Below are positions 18,299-27,990 of a stretch of DNA of 31,879 bases, one piece after another (positions within the stretch are counted from its first letter, which is position 1; the number at the start of each line of letters is the position of its first letter). The stretch is from NCBI GenBank assembly GCA_016840095.1, contig JAEOSZ010000060.1, positions 1-31,879 of the forward strand, given 5' to 3'. The position numbers were made by a program, and so were the translations under genes. This DNA is from Candidatus Heimdallarchaeota archaeon. Its GTDB lineage: Archaea > Asgardarchaeota > Heimdallarchaeia > Heimdallarchaeales > Heimdallarchaeaceae. The notes below the pieces were generated by a model, which saw nothing but the letters and a program-made list of their open reading frames with translations, was not told where the DNA came from and did no database searches.

Positions 18299-19135
18299 AT
18301 GCTAACGATGGAATCAGAAGACACACCATTTATGGAACTCAAAATATTCTCTAACACTATTCGAAGAGAACTAGTTAGAGTAATTGGTGATTCTGGTTCT
18401 ATCTCATTCAGTATGCTAAAAGATGAATTAGAACTCACAGATGGTCGTCTTTACTTCCATTTGAAGAAGATTGATAATTATATAGAAAAAGATCAACAAA
18501 ATTATTACAGACTGAACGAAGAAGGGAAGAGAATTTTATTTCAGCTATTTCATGAAAAAGACTCACTAATTAAAGATAAAGAATTAGAAACTGAGGAAGA
18601 TAAATCAATTAATTTCCTCAAATTTATTGCTCCTTCAGGAATGTTCTATTATTTGCTAGGAACCAAGGTTCGTAGCTTCATTGAATTGCATGTTCTGCTA
18701 TTAGTAATCTGTTGGCTATTTGGTGTAACAAATAGTAGATTCAGTCCTATTGAATCAATTTTCGGTGGAGGAGCTATTGTAAATTCCTTAATCTCAATAG
18801 CTCATTGGTATGTCTATCTTGGGATTATTGCTTTAATACTCTGGATACGTAAAACGAAGTTCAACTACTTTGAAATCACAATAAGCGTTCTAACCGGTCT
18901 ATTTCCCTATATACTCTATCTCATTCCTGTAGGAATCCTTTCCTTAGCAGGTGTAGTTATTCCTCAATGGGGAACTATCTTACTAACTATCTTATTCATT
19001 ATATGTAAACTCTGGTCAACACTACTGATAGCTCAAGGAATAACAATAACAACAAAACGTCAGAATTATGAAACAATTCTTATTGCAGCTTCACTGCTAT
19101 TATTGGATTATGTATACCTACTAATAACACTGTAG
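18299..19135 (+). CDS. Winged-HTH (ArsR-like) domain fused to a multi-pass membrane domain
   Basis: FSNTIRRELVRVIG...ISFSMLKDELELTDGRLYFHLKKI...YYRLNEEGK, followed by about 5 TM helices. Confidence 0.8.
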   Translation: MLTMESEDTPFMELKIFSNTIRRELVRVIGDSGSISFSMLKDELELTDGRLYFHLKKIDNYIEKDQQNYYRLNEEGKRILFQLFHEKDSLIKDKELETEEDKSINFLKFIAPSGMFYYLLGTKVRSFIELHVLLLVICWLFGVTNSRFSPIESIFGGGAIVNSLISIAHWYVYLGIIALILWIRKTKFNYFEITISVLTGLFPYILYLIPVGILSLAGVVIPQWGTILLTILFIICKLWSTLLIAQGITITTKRQNYETILIAASLLLLDYVYLLITL

Positions 19136-19208
19136 TACAACTTTAGTAAACTGAATAAAAATCATAATAAAAAAGGAAAGACAATAATAATATGGAAAAA
19201 GTGAGACC

Positions 19209-19856
19209 ATGGATAAAAGAAATCAACTAACCATCGCAATTATAAGTATCATTATCATAGGCGGATCTATAGCAACCCCCTTGACAGTCCGTGATCATGC
19301 TTTAATATTAGATGATTTCTTGAATTCACCACTATTTCCAACACTTGCGAATGAAGGAACTCTGAAGCTATACTATACTAGTGATTACACCGAGCAAAAT
19401 GAAACTCTTCCACTTTCTGTAAACTATATGACTTTAGCTACAAATGAAACTTATAACATTCAACGTATTTGGATAAATATTACAGAAATACAACTTCTAG
19501 GGAGACGAGCTGGAAATTCTGTTTTCTTCACAAATGATGATGTATTTGATGTTTTAGATGGATTAAATGAAACTGAACTATTGAAAGTAGGAAACTTAAC
19601 TGCTGCTGAATATTCAGGTATTCAGTTATACTTTGATTCTTCAATACTAGTTCAAACTGAGGAAGATTTCTACATGTTTGAGTTACAAAGTAAGAATTTC
19701 GTTACAATTCCATTTAACTTGTTTGGGAATGAAAGCGGAAATGTTGATTTAAGTATTGTTGAAAATTCTATTACTGAGGTTTTACTTGATTTCAATCTTG
19801 AAATTCTTTGGCAGAATAGTACAGTCAGAGTTACAACCAGCGCACTGATTTTGTAA
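19209..19856 (+). CDS. DUF4382-like membrane-anchored extracellular protein
   Basis: N-terminal TM. IWINITEIQL, GNLTAAEYSGIQL and EVLLDFNLE resemble DUF4382 blocks. Many sequons. Confidence 0.6.
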   Translation: MDKRNQLTIAIISIIIIGGSIATPLTVRDHALILDDFLNSPLFPTLANEGTLKLYYTSDYTEQNETLPLSVNYMTLATNETYNIQRIWINITEIQLLGRRAGNSVFFTNDDVFDVLDGLNETELLKVGNLTAAEYSGIQLYFDSSILVQTEEDFYMFELQSKNFVTIPFNLFGNESGNVDLSIVENSITEVLLDFNLEILWQNSTVRVTTSALIL

Positions 19857-19911
19857 TGATCTTTCTATTTACTTGAGAAAACTTAATGAACATTATTTCT
19901 TTTGAGATTTC

Positions 19912-20748
19912 ATGACAATCCAGTATTCCGCAATTCTTCCGCATGGTTTCAATCTAATAGAGGATATATATCCTAATCCAGACAAAGAATGGAAAGAGCT
20001 TATTGATTCTATGAAAAGGGTTGCAAAAAGCATTTACGATGCTAATCCTCAAGTTTTATTGATTGCATCTCCTCACAATCTAAGAATTGATGGACTAATT
20101 GGTCTAATTACCTCAGAGTGGATAGAGGGAATTTGGTGGAATGATGATAAAACAAAGAAGGCTGAGCTCAAAGTAAAAACAGATAGAAAAACTTCTGAAA
20201 TCATCTATCAAAGGGCAAAAGAATTGAATTTACCAATTGTTGCTGTGAATTATGGAGCAGCAGGAGGTGAATATTCAATTATGAAAATGGATTGGGGAAC
20301 AATGATTCCACTTTGGTATGTTAATAATGTTTACAAGGAAAACAACAAAGAAATTCCCCCTATTGTTTTGATAACTCCCTCAAGAGAGATTCCTTGGGAA
20401 AAACTGGTTGAACTTGGAAAGATGATTAATGGAGTTTGTGTAAACAAGGGAATAAATGCAGTATATATTGCAAGTTGTGACCATGGACATGCACATGATC
20501 CTGATGGACCCTATGGGTATCATCCCGCATCAAAAGTTTTTGATGATCAGATAATCAAATGGATTAAGAATTCAGAACTCGAAAAGATATTAACATTGTC
20601 ACCTGAATTTATCGATCAAGCAAAACCTGACAGTTTCTGGCAGATGCTAATTTTAATCGGAATTTTAGAAGTAACGGATTTAACCAACAAAATGTGTATT
20701 TATGGATGTCCTGAATATTATGGTATGATTGTTGCGTCATTTGAATAG
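19912..20748 (+). CDS. LigB/MEMO1-fold (class III extradiol dioxygenase-like) protein
   Basis: LPHG, ASPHN, MDWGTMIPL, ASCDHGHAH and GPYGYHP metal-binding motifs. Confidence 0.8.
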   Translation: MTIQYSAILPHGFNLIEDIYPNPDKEWKELIDSMKRVAKSIYDANPQVLLIASPHNLRIDGLIGLITSEWIEGIWWNDDKTKKAELKVKTDRKTSEIIYQRAKELNLPIVAVNYGAAGGEYSIMKMDWGTMIPLWYVNNVYKENNKEIPPIVLITPSREIPWEKLVELGKMINGVCVNKGINAVYIASCDHGHAHDPDGPYGYHPASKVFDDQIIKWIKNSELEKILTLSPEFIDQAKPDSFWQMLILIGILEVTDLTNKMCIYGCPEYYGMIVASFE

Positions 20749-20813
20749 GGAATCTTCCTCCCATATATTTAAGAAATTGTTATTTTTTTTTCATTTAAGA
20801 AGGAGTTAAGAAA

Positions 20814-21560
20814 ATGGATCATATTGGTAAAGAATTCATGAAAAAAACAGAATACAAATTCGTTTCTGAATCCGATCAAAGACAACAACTTCCTCAACCT
20901 CCTCTAGAAATGGAGTATGCACACAAAATGAGAAGCTTTGATCTCCCTAAACCTGATGAGATAAAGGTTAAGGATCTATCTTTAAGAAAAGCTATTGAAA
21001 ATAGAAAAAGTGTAAGAAAGTATTCGAACGAACCTCTAACCTTAATGGAATTGTCTTGGCTGTTATGGACTACACAAGGTGTTAAAGAGGTAATGGGAGA
21101 TAACTATGCTACACTTAGAAATGTACCATCTGCCGGAGCAAGACATGCATTTGAAACTTTCTTACTTGTTAATAAAGTCAAAGATCTTGAACCAGGAATA
21201 TACAGATATATTGCTTTGGAACACAAACTTGTTGAATATATTATTGAAGAAGGAATTGATGACAAAGTAGCTGAAGCAGCCTATGGGCAAAAGATGGTTA
21301 AAAACGATGCTGTCACTTTCATTTGGGTTGCTGATATTTACAGAATGTTTTGGAGATATGTTGAAAGAGGGTATAGGTATATTCATCTAGATGCGGGACA
21401 TGTTTGTCAAAATCTGTATCTAGCAGCAGAGAATATCGATTATGGTGTATGTGCAATAGCTGCATTCCATGACGAGTTATTTAATGAATTACTTAGACTT
21501 GAAAAAGATGAGCAATTTGTAGTCTATTTAGCGTCTGTTGGAGGAAAATTATCTGATTGA
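20814..21560 (+). CDS. SagB/ThcOx-family FMN-dependent dehydrogenase (nitroreductase fold)
   Basis: RKSVRKYS, LSWLLWTTQG, RNVPSAGARH, YRYIHLDAGHVCQNLYLAAE. Confidence 0.9.
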   Translation: MDHIGKEFMKKTEYKFVSESDQRQQLPQPPLEMEYAHKMRSFDLPKPDEIKVKDLSLRKAIENRKSVRKYSNEPLTLMELSWLLWTTQGVKEVMGDNYATLRNVPSAGARHAFETFLLVNKVKDLEPGIYRYIALEHKLVEYIIEEGIDDKVAEAAYGQKMVKNDAVTFIWVADIYRMFWRYVERGYRYIHLDAGHVCQNLYLAAENIDYGVCAIAAFHDELFNELLRLEKDEQFVVYLASVGGKLSD

Positions 21561-22575
21561 AAATAAGAAGAAATTCTACATTACATTCGCTTCGATACTA
21601 CTAGTTTCAGTATTACTTTCTACATTAATTGCTATAGTTGAACCTCAGCTTCTTATTGGACAAAGTGTAATCTTCAGTATTTTCGTCTTTATTTTTCTAG
21701 TAGTAATTTTTTGCCTGCTAATTCCTCCTGTAAACAGATTTGTGATCGATATATTAAGACAAAAATACTTGTTCTACGTCCTTTCTTTGAGCTTTGTTTT
21801 ATTCCTCCCTTTGCTAAATTGGATTTATGCTATTGAATTCAAAGAATCGGTTAGCAGCTACTTCATTTGGTATTTCCTACCTACAATACTTTTCTTTATT
21901 CCTATCTTTTTTAAAAATTTCAAGTTTGATTTTCTGTTTCACATAGCTGCTGTAATATTGTTTGCTGTTGGTTTTGACGGAAGATTCACTTCTGATACTC
22001 TCTCAGGTTTTAGTTCTTCAGAATATAATTTTAACGCACTATGGGTAAGTTCTCTAATTCTCATACTCTATTCCATTCAGCTTTATGATTTTGAAGAAAA
22101 AACAAACTGGAAACCTACAAAAAAAGGAATTCTATATGCTCTAAACTTGAGTGCAGTTCTTGCAATTATATCAATTCCTATAGGTCTTTTTACAAATTTT
22201 CTAGAATGGGCACCAAATTTCTCTGATGTACCTATGATTTTCATTTCTTTTATTGGTATTTGGATGACAATAGCCTTACCAGAGGAGATTATAGCAAGAG
22301 GAGTTATTCAACACCAACTTACTCAAAATGTTGTTAATAAAGAAGGAAAGTATTTTAGATACTGGAAATGGAGTATCCTAATTCTAACCTCAATTATATT
22401 TGGGATTAGCCATTGGAATAATACTTCTCAAGAGTTTATTTGGGTATATATCTTACTTGCATCTATCGCAGGAATTGCATACGGTATATGTTGGTGGAAA
22501 GGAGGTCTATTTTCTGCTATATTTATTCATACTCTAGTTGATTGGGTATGGCAATTATTCTTTAAATCAGCCTAA
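21538..22575 (+). CDS. CPBP family intramembrane glutamic endopeptidase (CAAX/Abi-like)
   Basis: Polytopic protein with PEEIIARG (EExxxR), FGISH (FxxxH) and IHTLVD (HxxxD). The TTG start overlapping the upstream gene is uncertain. Confidence 0.88.
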   Translation: MEENYLIENKKKFYITFASILLVSVLLSTLIAIVEPQLLIGQSVIFSIFVFIFLVVIFCLLIPPVNRFVIDILRQKYLFYVLSLSFVLFLPLLNWIYAIEFKESVSSYFIWYFLPTILFFIPIFFKNFKFDFLFHIAAVILFAVGFDGRFTSDTLSGFSSSEYNFNALWVSSLILILYSIQLYDFEEKTNWKPTKKGILYALNLSAVLAIISIPIGLFTNFLEWAPNFSDVPMIFISFIGIWMTIALPEEIIARGVIQHQLTQNVVNKEGKYFRYWKWSILILTSIIFGISHWNNTSQEFIWVYILLASIAGIAYGICWWKGGLFSAIFIHTLVDWVWQLFFKSA

Positions 22576-22629
22576 TTATCTATCCCATATTCTTTTAAAT
22601 AAGTTTATTTTCTTACTTTTGGTAATGAT

Positions 22630-23505
22630 ATGGTGAAGAAATATCCTGTTTTCGTACTATGTGGAAGAGATGAGACCAAAAGAGAGATTTTGCAGAAATT
22701 AGATCCTAATGACGAATACGAAGTAAAGTGTCTTCTTCCCTTTTTAGGAAAAAGAATAATAGACTGGCAGCTTGAAGAGTTAAGAAAGTCTCCTTATTGT
22801 GGTGAACTACTTCTTCTGGGTCTTTCAGAAGAACTTGCTACATTCGACTATCCTGTTCATTATGTACCTATACCTTTAACTGCAACTTTTGGTCAGAAAC
22901 TACTTGCGGGTTTGGAATATGCTAGATCAATTGGAATAGAGGACAAGATATTTGTAACTTCGTCATCAGATACTCCTGGAATAACCGTTGGGCCTATTAA
23001 CGAATTTTTTGAATTCGTGGAAAATCATATTGAGTATGATTTCATACAAAGTGTTGTTACTGATGATGTAACAAAAGAGGTTTTTGGTGAACATCAACGA
23101 GTTGTTGCCAAATTCAAGGATATTCATATCTACCCTGGAGAAATGTTTTCTATGAGTGAGAAGGGAATTAGAACAGGTCAAGCAATTATTGATGAAACTG
23201 GAAGAGGAAGAAGGAGAATCAAAAAACAAAACCGAAAAAAGAAGAATAGTGCTTTAACTCCAATTCTACGTATAATTCTACGAAAACCTAGAACTTGGCC
23301 TTTAATAATCAGTTTCCTCATTGGACGTATGCCAATACATAAAGGAGAAAGACTGCTAGAAATAATTAGTGGATGTACAGTAAAAAGTGTAGTAATTAAT
23401 GACGCAGGATTTGGAATGGATATAGATGTATCTGAAGACTATGATCAACTCAAGAAATATGTAAGTGAAATAAAAAATATTCCTTATACTGAAGGAATAG
23501 GTTAA
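22630..23505 (+). CDS. MobA-like NTP transferase (NTP_transf_3), paralog 1
   Basis: VLCGRD, KCLLPFLGKRIIDW, SSDTP, GFGMDID. Confidence 0.8.
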   Translation: MVKKYPVFVLCGRDETKREILQKLDPNDEYEVKCLLPFLGKRIIDWQLEELRKSPYCGELLLLGLSEELATFDYPVHYVPIPLTATFGQKLLAGLEYARSIGIEDKIFVTSSSDTPGITVGPINEFFEFVENHIEYDFIQSVVTDDVTKEVFGEHQRVVAKFKDIHIYPGEMFSMSEKGIRTGQAIIDETGRGRRRIKKQNRKKKNSALTPILRIILRKPRTWPLIISFLIGRMPIHKGERLLEIISGCTVKSVVINDAGFGMDIDVSEDYDQLKKYVSEIKNIPYTEGIG

Positions 23506-23566
23506 AATTTTTTAATGTTTCACTGAAAGAGTAAAAAACTAGTAACTCAATCGTATTTGGGATAAG

Positions 23567-24385
23567 ATGAAATTACCTATTCTAATTTTCGCTGGAAGAG
23601 ACGAGGAAAAAAGAGAATTTCTTAAAGAAATCGACCCTGATGGGAAGTATAAGGCAAAAATGTTACTGCCTATGCATGGTAAAACTGTAATTGAATGGGT
23701 TGTTGAAGAATTTCTAAAATCTTCTTTGGTAGATGGGGTTTACATTCTAGGACTTTCCAGAGAAGATATAGATATTGAAGGTGATGTGCATTATGTTCCA
23801 AGTGAACTCTTTTCAACCCTTGCCCAGAAATTTAATGCTGCTCTAGATTATCTTGAACAACAAGGCAAATTCAATGATTATCTAGTTTTTTGTAGTAGTG
23901 ACTGTCCAGGATTGAAAGTAGAGACTATTGATTCTTTTATTAGATTTACTCAGGAACATAGTGATCTTGGTTTTATTTTGTCAATGGTAAAGGAAGAAAC
24001 TCTTGAGAAAGTTTTTCCGAATTCGGGTAGAGGAATGGCTATTTTCAAAGATGAAAATCTAATACAAGGTGAACTGATGATGATTAGTTCAAAAGCCGTC
24101 AAAAAGTATGGTAAGGTTATTGATAGTTTTATGGTTATAAGGAAGAAGAGAGCTATGGGGCCTCTTCTTTGGTATGTAGCTAGAAGACCTTTAGCTTGGA
24201 CAAAGCTCATTAAGATCGGAAGAGGTAAAGGAACTTTAAATGATGCAATCATTGGATTTAAAAGAGCCTTTCGATTAAAAGCTGCTGCACCGATTTATGA
24301 TGATCCAGGTTTGGGACTTGACATGGACTTACCTGAAGATTATGAAAGATTGAAGGATTATATCAAAAAGACTAAAATGCAATAA
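23567..24385 (+). CDS. MobA-like NTP transferase, paralog 2
   Basis: IFAGRD, KMLLPMHGKTVIEW, SSDCP, GLGLDMDLPEDY. Confidence 0.82.
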   Translation: MKLPILIFAGRDEEKREFLKEIDPDGKYKAKMLLPMHGKTVIEWVVEEFLKSSLVDGVYILGLSREDIDIEGDVHYVPSELFSTLAQKFNAALDYLEQQGKFNDYLVFCSSDCPGLKVETIDSFIRFTQEHSDLGFILSMVKEETLEKVFPNSGRGMAIFKDENLIQGELMMISSKAVKKYGKVIDSFMVIRKKRAMGPLLWYVARRPLAWTKLIKIGRGKGTLNDAIIGFKRAFRLKAAAPIYDDPGLGLDMDLPEDYERLKDYIKKTKMQ

Positions 24386-24403
24386 AAAAGAGGTTTGTTT
24401 GAA

Positions 24404-25234
24404 ATGAAAAAATATCCAGTTTTCCTAATGGCAGGAAGAGATCCAGAAAGAAGAGAGATAATGCAGGTATTAGATCCTGAAGAAAAATATAAATCCAAAT
24501 GTCAATTGGATCTTCATGGGAAACCTATAATCCAATGGGTAATTGATGAGCTTGAGAAATCTGAATATGTAGATCAAATATATGTTCTTGGTCTCTCTGA
24601 AGATGATCTTTCTTTAAAAGGGAATTTGGAATATATTCCTGTTGAAACTACAGCTGAGGTTTATGATAAGTATATAGTAGGGTTTGATTACTTAATTGAA
24701 AAAGGTAAATATCACGATATAGCAGTTATGTGTGGTTCGGATATTCCAGCCGTAGAGTTAGAAAGTATTGAAAAGTTCATGAAAGCTGTATCAGAAAAAG
24801 AAGACCATGACTTCATTTGGGGTGTAGTTCCAGAAGAAGTAGCAGCTGCTGAATTCCCAGAGCATGATAGAACTGTTGGACACTTTACAGATCATAGTCT
24901 CTTCCCAGGAGATATTTTTGCATTAAGCTATAGAGGTATAGTAAATGGTGAAAAAACCATTAGAAGTCTTTCTGATAATAGGAAGAAAAGATCTTTTTGG
25001 TCGGTTGTTTGGTTAATTGCCACTAAACCTAGAACTTGGGGAAAAATAATAAAAGTATTCAGAAAAAAAGCGAGTACAAAAGATGCTAAGAAGATTTTTG
25101 AGATAGCATTCAAGTGTAAAGCTGAAATAGTAATTATTGAAGACCTTGGCTTTGGATATGATATGGATCTTCATAAGGATTACAAAAGATTGGAAAAATA
25201 TATGCTAAAAACGAAATTGAAGGATAAGAAATAG
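24404..25234 (+). CDS. MobA-like NTP transferase, paralog 3
   Basis: LMAGRD, KCQLDLHGKPIIQW, GSDIP, GFGYDMD. The ATG at 24404 has GAGGT upstream. Confidence 0.82.
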   Translation: MKKYPVFLMAGRDPERREIMQVLDPEEKYKSKCQLDLHGKPIIQWVIDELEKSEYVDQIYVLGLSEDDLSLKGNLEYIPVETTAEVYDKYIVGFDYLIEKGKYHDIAVMCGSDIPAVELESIEKFMKAVSEKEDHDFIWGVVPEEVAAAEFPEHDRTVGHFTDHSLFPGDIFALSYRGIVNGEKTIRSLSDNRKKRSFWSVVWLIATKPRTWGKIIKVFRKKASTKDAKKIFEIAFKCKAEIVIIEDLGFGYDMDLHKDYKRLEKYMLKTKLKDKK

Positions 25235-25236
25235 TC

Positions 25237-25917
25237 TTATTCTTTGGCTTTGTTTCCTAGTTTCAATTCAATCGTTTTAGGTTTAATGAAAGAAAATATT
25301 CCAAGGGTTACTGCTAGTAAAAGAGCATATTTACACATTATACTTGTTACAGTTGATGCAAAATAACTATTCACCCATATCATGATATACATTGGTATAA
25401 GGAATGACAAATACCCAATTAATAGAATGACACTAGATTTTCTATCAACTTTTTCCCTTCGGAAGATAAGATGAACAACAAGAAATGTTATACTATAAAC
25501 TAAGATACCCATATAGTATATACTATACAAAAGAGTATGATTCCATGAATAAACTGCATAGAAAGGGTTGCAGTTTACAAGATCTACAGATCCGGGTGTT
25601 GCTAAGTAGTAAATTGAGAATGCAGTAGCTGCTGCAAAACCCAACCAGTAATCAGGGAACTTCCAACCTACAATTTTTGTGCTTAGGAAATATCCTAAGG
25701 GAGGAAGAAAAGTTATTATTGTATATGCTATTCTTCCTGTGATATTCTCATTTACTCCAATACATATGAGAAATTCGGCTAGCTGATACAGTTGTAAGAG
25801 AGCTAGTAATGAAACAATTGACCAGAAGAACGGATGCTTTCTATTAAAGATAATAACTACTATTAATATTAGAAATTCTATACCAAAGAAGATTAGTGAA
25901 AGAGTTCCATCAAGCAT
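25237..25917 (-). CDS. Uncharacterised 7-TM membrane protein
   Basis: Seven hydrophobic segments by eye. GGGTGA RBS upstream of the ATG. Motifs QLYQLAEFLIC, FLPPLG and SIMCKYA. Confidence 0.75.
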   Translation of the reverse strand: MLDGTLSLIFFGIEFLILIVVIIFNRKHPFFWSIVSLLALLQLYQLAEFLICIGVNENITGRIAYTIITFLPPLGYFLSTKIVGWKFPDYWLGFAAATAFSIYYLATPGSVDLVNCNPFYAVYSWNHTLLYSIYYMGILVYSITFLVVHLIFRREKVDRKSSVILLIGYLSFLIPMYIMIWVNSYFASTVTSIMCKYALLLAVTLGIFSFIKPKTIELKLGNKAKE

Positions 25918-26041
25918 TACTCACCCTTTTACTCTCATCTCTTATAAGTCATTCTCAAACATCTGTGGGAAGTTAAACACATTCGTTACTTTGGACAATT
26001 CTTAAAAATCGACATTCCATTATTATTGGTGGATTAGTAGC

Positions 26042-26896
26042 ATGAAAAAAAAATTCCCTATTTTACTAATGTCTGGTAGAGATAAGAACATCAGAAGAGA
26101 AATAATGCAGGTGTTAGATCCTGAAGAACAATACAAGGGAAAATGCCTTCTCCCATTCTTTGGAAAACCAGTTATATCATGGGTAGTTGAGGAATTGGTA
26201 AAATCAGAATACGTAGAAGGCATATACTCTCTAGGAGTTTCTAGAGAAGATATCGATTTTGGTGATCAAGTCGAATATGTTCCAGTTGATTTTTTTGCTG
26301 ATTTACAAGAGAAATACCTTGCTGGTTATGAATATCTTAAAGCTCAAGGAAAGGAATTCGATGAATACATTGTATGCATGGCAGATACACCTGCAATGAC
26401 AGTAGAAGTAATAGATGAATTTCTTAGTCAAGTAGCTGAGATGGAAGGATATGACTTCATACTCCCTTTGGTACCTTACGAACTATCTCTGAAATGGTTT
26501 CCTGATGCTGGAAGAGTAACTGGGAATTTTCGAGATTATCAGATTTTTCCTGGAGAAATGATGTCATTCAGCCCAAGGGCTATTGTTGAAGGACAAGAAA
26601 TCATTGAAGAAATTAGTGTTTTAAGAAGAAAAAGATCATTTTGGGCTGTTGCTTGGTATGTGTTTAAACGTCCAAGAACTTGGGGTAAACTCTTCAAAAT
26701 TGGTTTGAAAATTGCTAAGCTGAAAGATGCTATAAGAGCACTCGAATTAGCTTTTAAAATGAAGATGGGTTGGATAATAATAGAAGATTTAGGCTTTGGT
26801 TTAGATATGGATGTATCGCAAAATTATGAACAATTGGAAAAATATATGCTTGAAACAAAGCTAAAAGGGAAAGATGTTGAGAGGAGTGAAATCTGA
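26042..26896 (+). CDS. MobA-like NTP transferase, paralog 4
   Basis: LMSGRD, KCLLPFFGKPVISW, MADTP, GFGLDMD. Shares RREIMQVLDPEE and RKxRSFW with paralog 3. Confidence 0.82.
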   Translation: MKKKFPILLMSGRDKNIRREIMQVLDPEEQYKGKCLLPFFGKPVISWVVEELVKSEYVEGIYSLGVSREDIDFGDQVEYVPVDFFADLQEKYLAGYEYLKAQGKEFDEYIVCMADTPAMTVEVIDEFLSQVAEMEGYDFILPLVPYELSLKWFPDAGRVTGNFRDYQIFPGEMMSFSPRAIVEGQEIIEEISVLRRKRSFWAVAWYVFKRPRTWGKLFKIGLKIAKLKDAIRALELAFKMKMGWIIIEDLGFGLDMDVSQNYEQLEKYMLETKLKGKDVERSEI

Positions 26897-26945
26897 GAAA
26901 CAGACATAAACTTCATTTACTAAGAAATCTATAGATTTTATCACA

Positions 26946-27902
26946 ATGAAGAAAAAAACAATTTTATCTTTCCTTATTCTGGGATTTTTGGTAATATCTA
27001 TTTTTACTTCTGATCTTTCTAAAGGTGCACTAGCTTCAGATCAGCTAGAAATCAACAAAGGGAGTTATGTAAAAGGAAATTATCTTATTACTAACAATAC
27101 ACATACAAACGAGTTTATTTGGAATGTTGATATAGAAATTGAGAAATCTGTTAAACCTAAAGGTTCCAAAAATAAGTTAAATCAAATAAAGATCTCTCAA
27201 TATAATTTTACTAATGATGAGATGTCTCCTGTAGAAGGTATGGATAGGTTTGAGAGAACACAATTAGTTTTTGATCATAACAGAACTACTCTACTTCTTG
27301 CAGCTCGTATATTTGTTTCTAACTCAACTTATAGTGTTGAAATATCTACTTTGCATCATTCAAATATTGTTGATATATTGAATGAAACTAAAGCAAGAAT
27401 AACATATGGTAATGGAACAGTATTTGATTTTGAGGATGTGTCTCTAATTGATCCTGAATACTCTGAATTATCTTCTTTAGTCTCATTTTGGATATATTAC
27501 AATACATTCATGTTATCTGAAAGACCTTGGACAATTCATGCAATTTCACCAAAAGCACAGATTGGAGATACAATAACATTCGATGAAGCTTTTGGTAATG
27601 TGGTTGATACTCCAGAATTATTATTCTTAAATCTTGGAACTTATAATACACTCCATGTAGAATATGTTAATACTACATGTTTTTTTGCAGAGCTTTTCTT
27701 AGAAGTTGAGGTTTATTATGAATCTAAAACAGGATTAATGATAAGGTCTGTTGAAGACTATCCTCCAGCTAATACTTCGTTATTGTTTATTCCAACAGAG
27801 ATAAAGATTACCTCAAATATCTTACCTTTGGTTCTTGGAATTTCGATAAGTGTAGTTGTTGTTGCTGGTGTCCTTGTGGTTTACATCAAAAAGAGGAAAT
27901 AA
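26946..27902 (+). CDS. Surface protein family, copy 1 (signal peptide plus C-terminal TM/basic tail), 318 aa
   Basis: SDLSKG..SDQLEI..GSY.KG, NRT, WT..AISP.A.IGD, YYESKTG, then TM and KKRK. Confidence 0.85.
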   Translation: MKKKTILSFLILGFLVISIFTSDLSKGALASDQLEINKGSYVKGNYLITNNTHTNEFIWNVDIEIEKSVKPKGSKNKLNQIKISQYNFTNDEMSPVEGMDRFERTQLVFDHNRTTLLLAARIFVSNSTYSVEISTLHHSNIVDILNETKARITYGNGTVFDFEDVSLIDPEYSELSSLVSFWIYYNTFMLSERPWTIHAISPKAQIGDTITFDEAFGNVVDTPELLFLNLGTYNTLHVEYVNTTCFFAELFLEVEVYYESKTGLMIRSVEDYPPANTSLLFIPTEIKITSNILPLVLGISISVVVVAGVLVVYIKKRK

Positions 27903-27990
27903 CCTCTTTTTCTTTCTTTTATTTTGTAATGCATATCTGATTTTGCTTTCGCAAAGTTCTTAATGTTATAATCAAATATGTTTATTTACA

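Noticed and set aside
19912-22575. SagB/ThcOx dehydrogenase plus CPBP protease as an azole-RiPP (TOMM) cluster
   Set aside because: There is no YcaO/E1-like cyclodehydratase and no Cys/Ser/Thr-rich precursor in the window. Stand-alone SagB-like nitroreductases are common in archaea.
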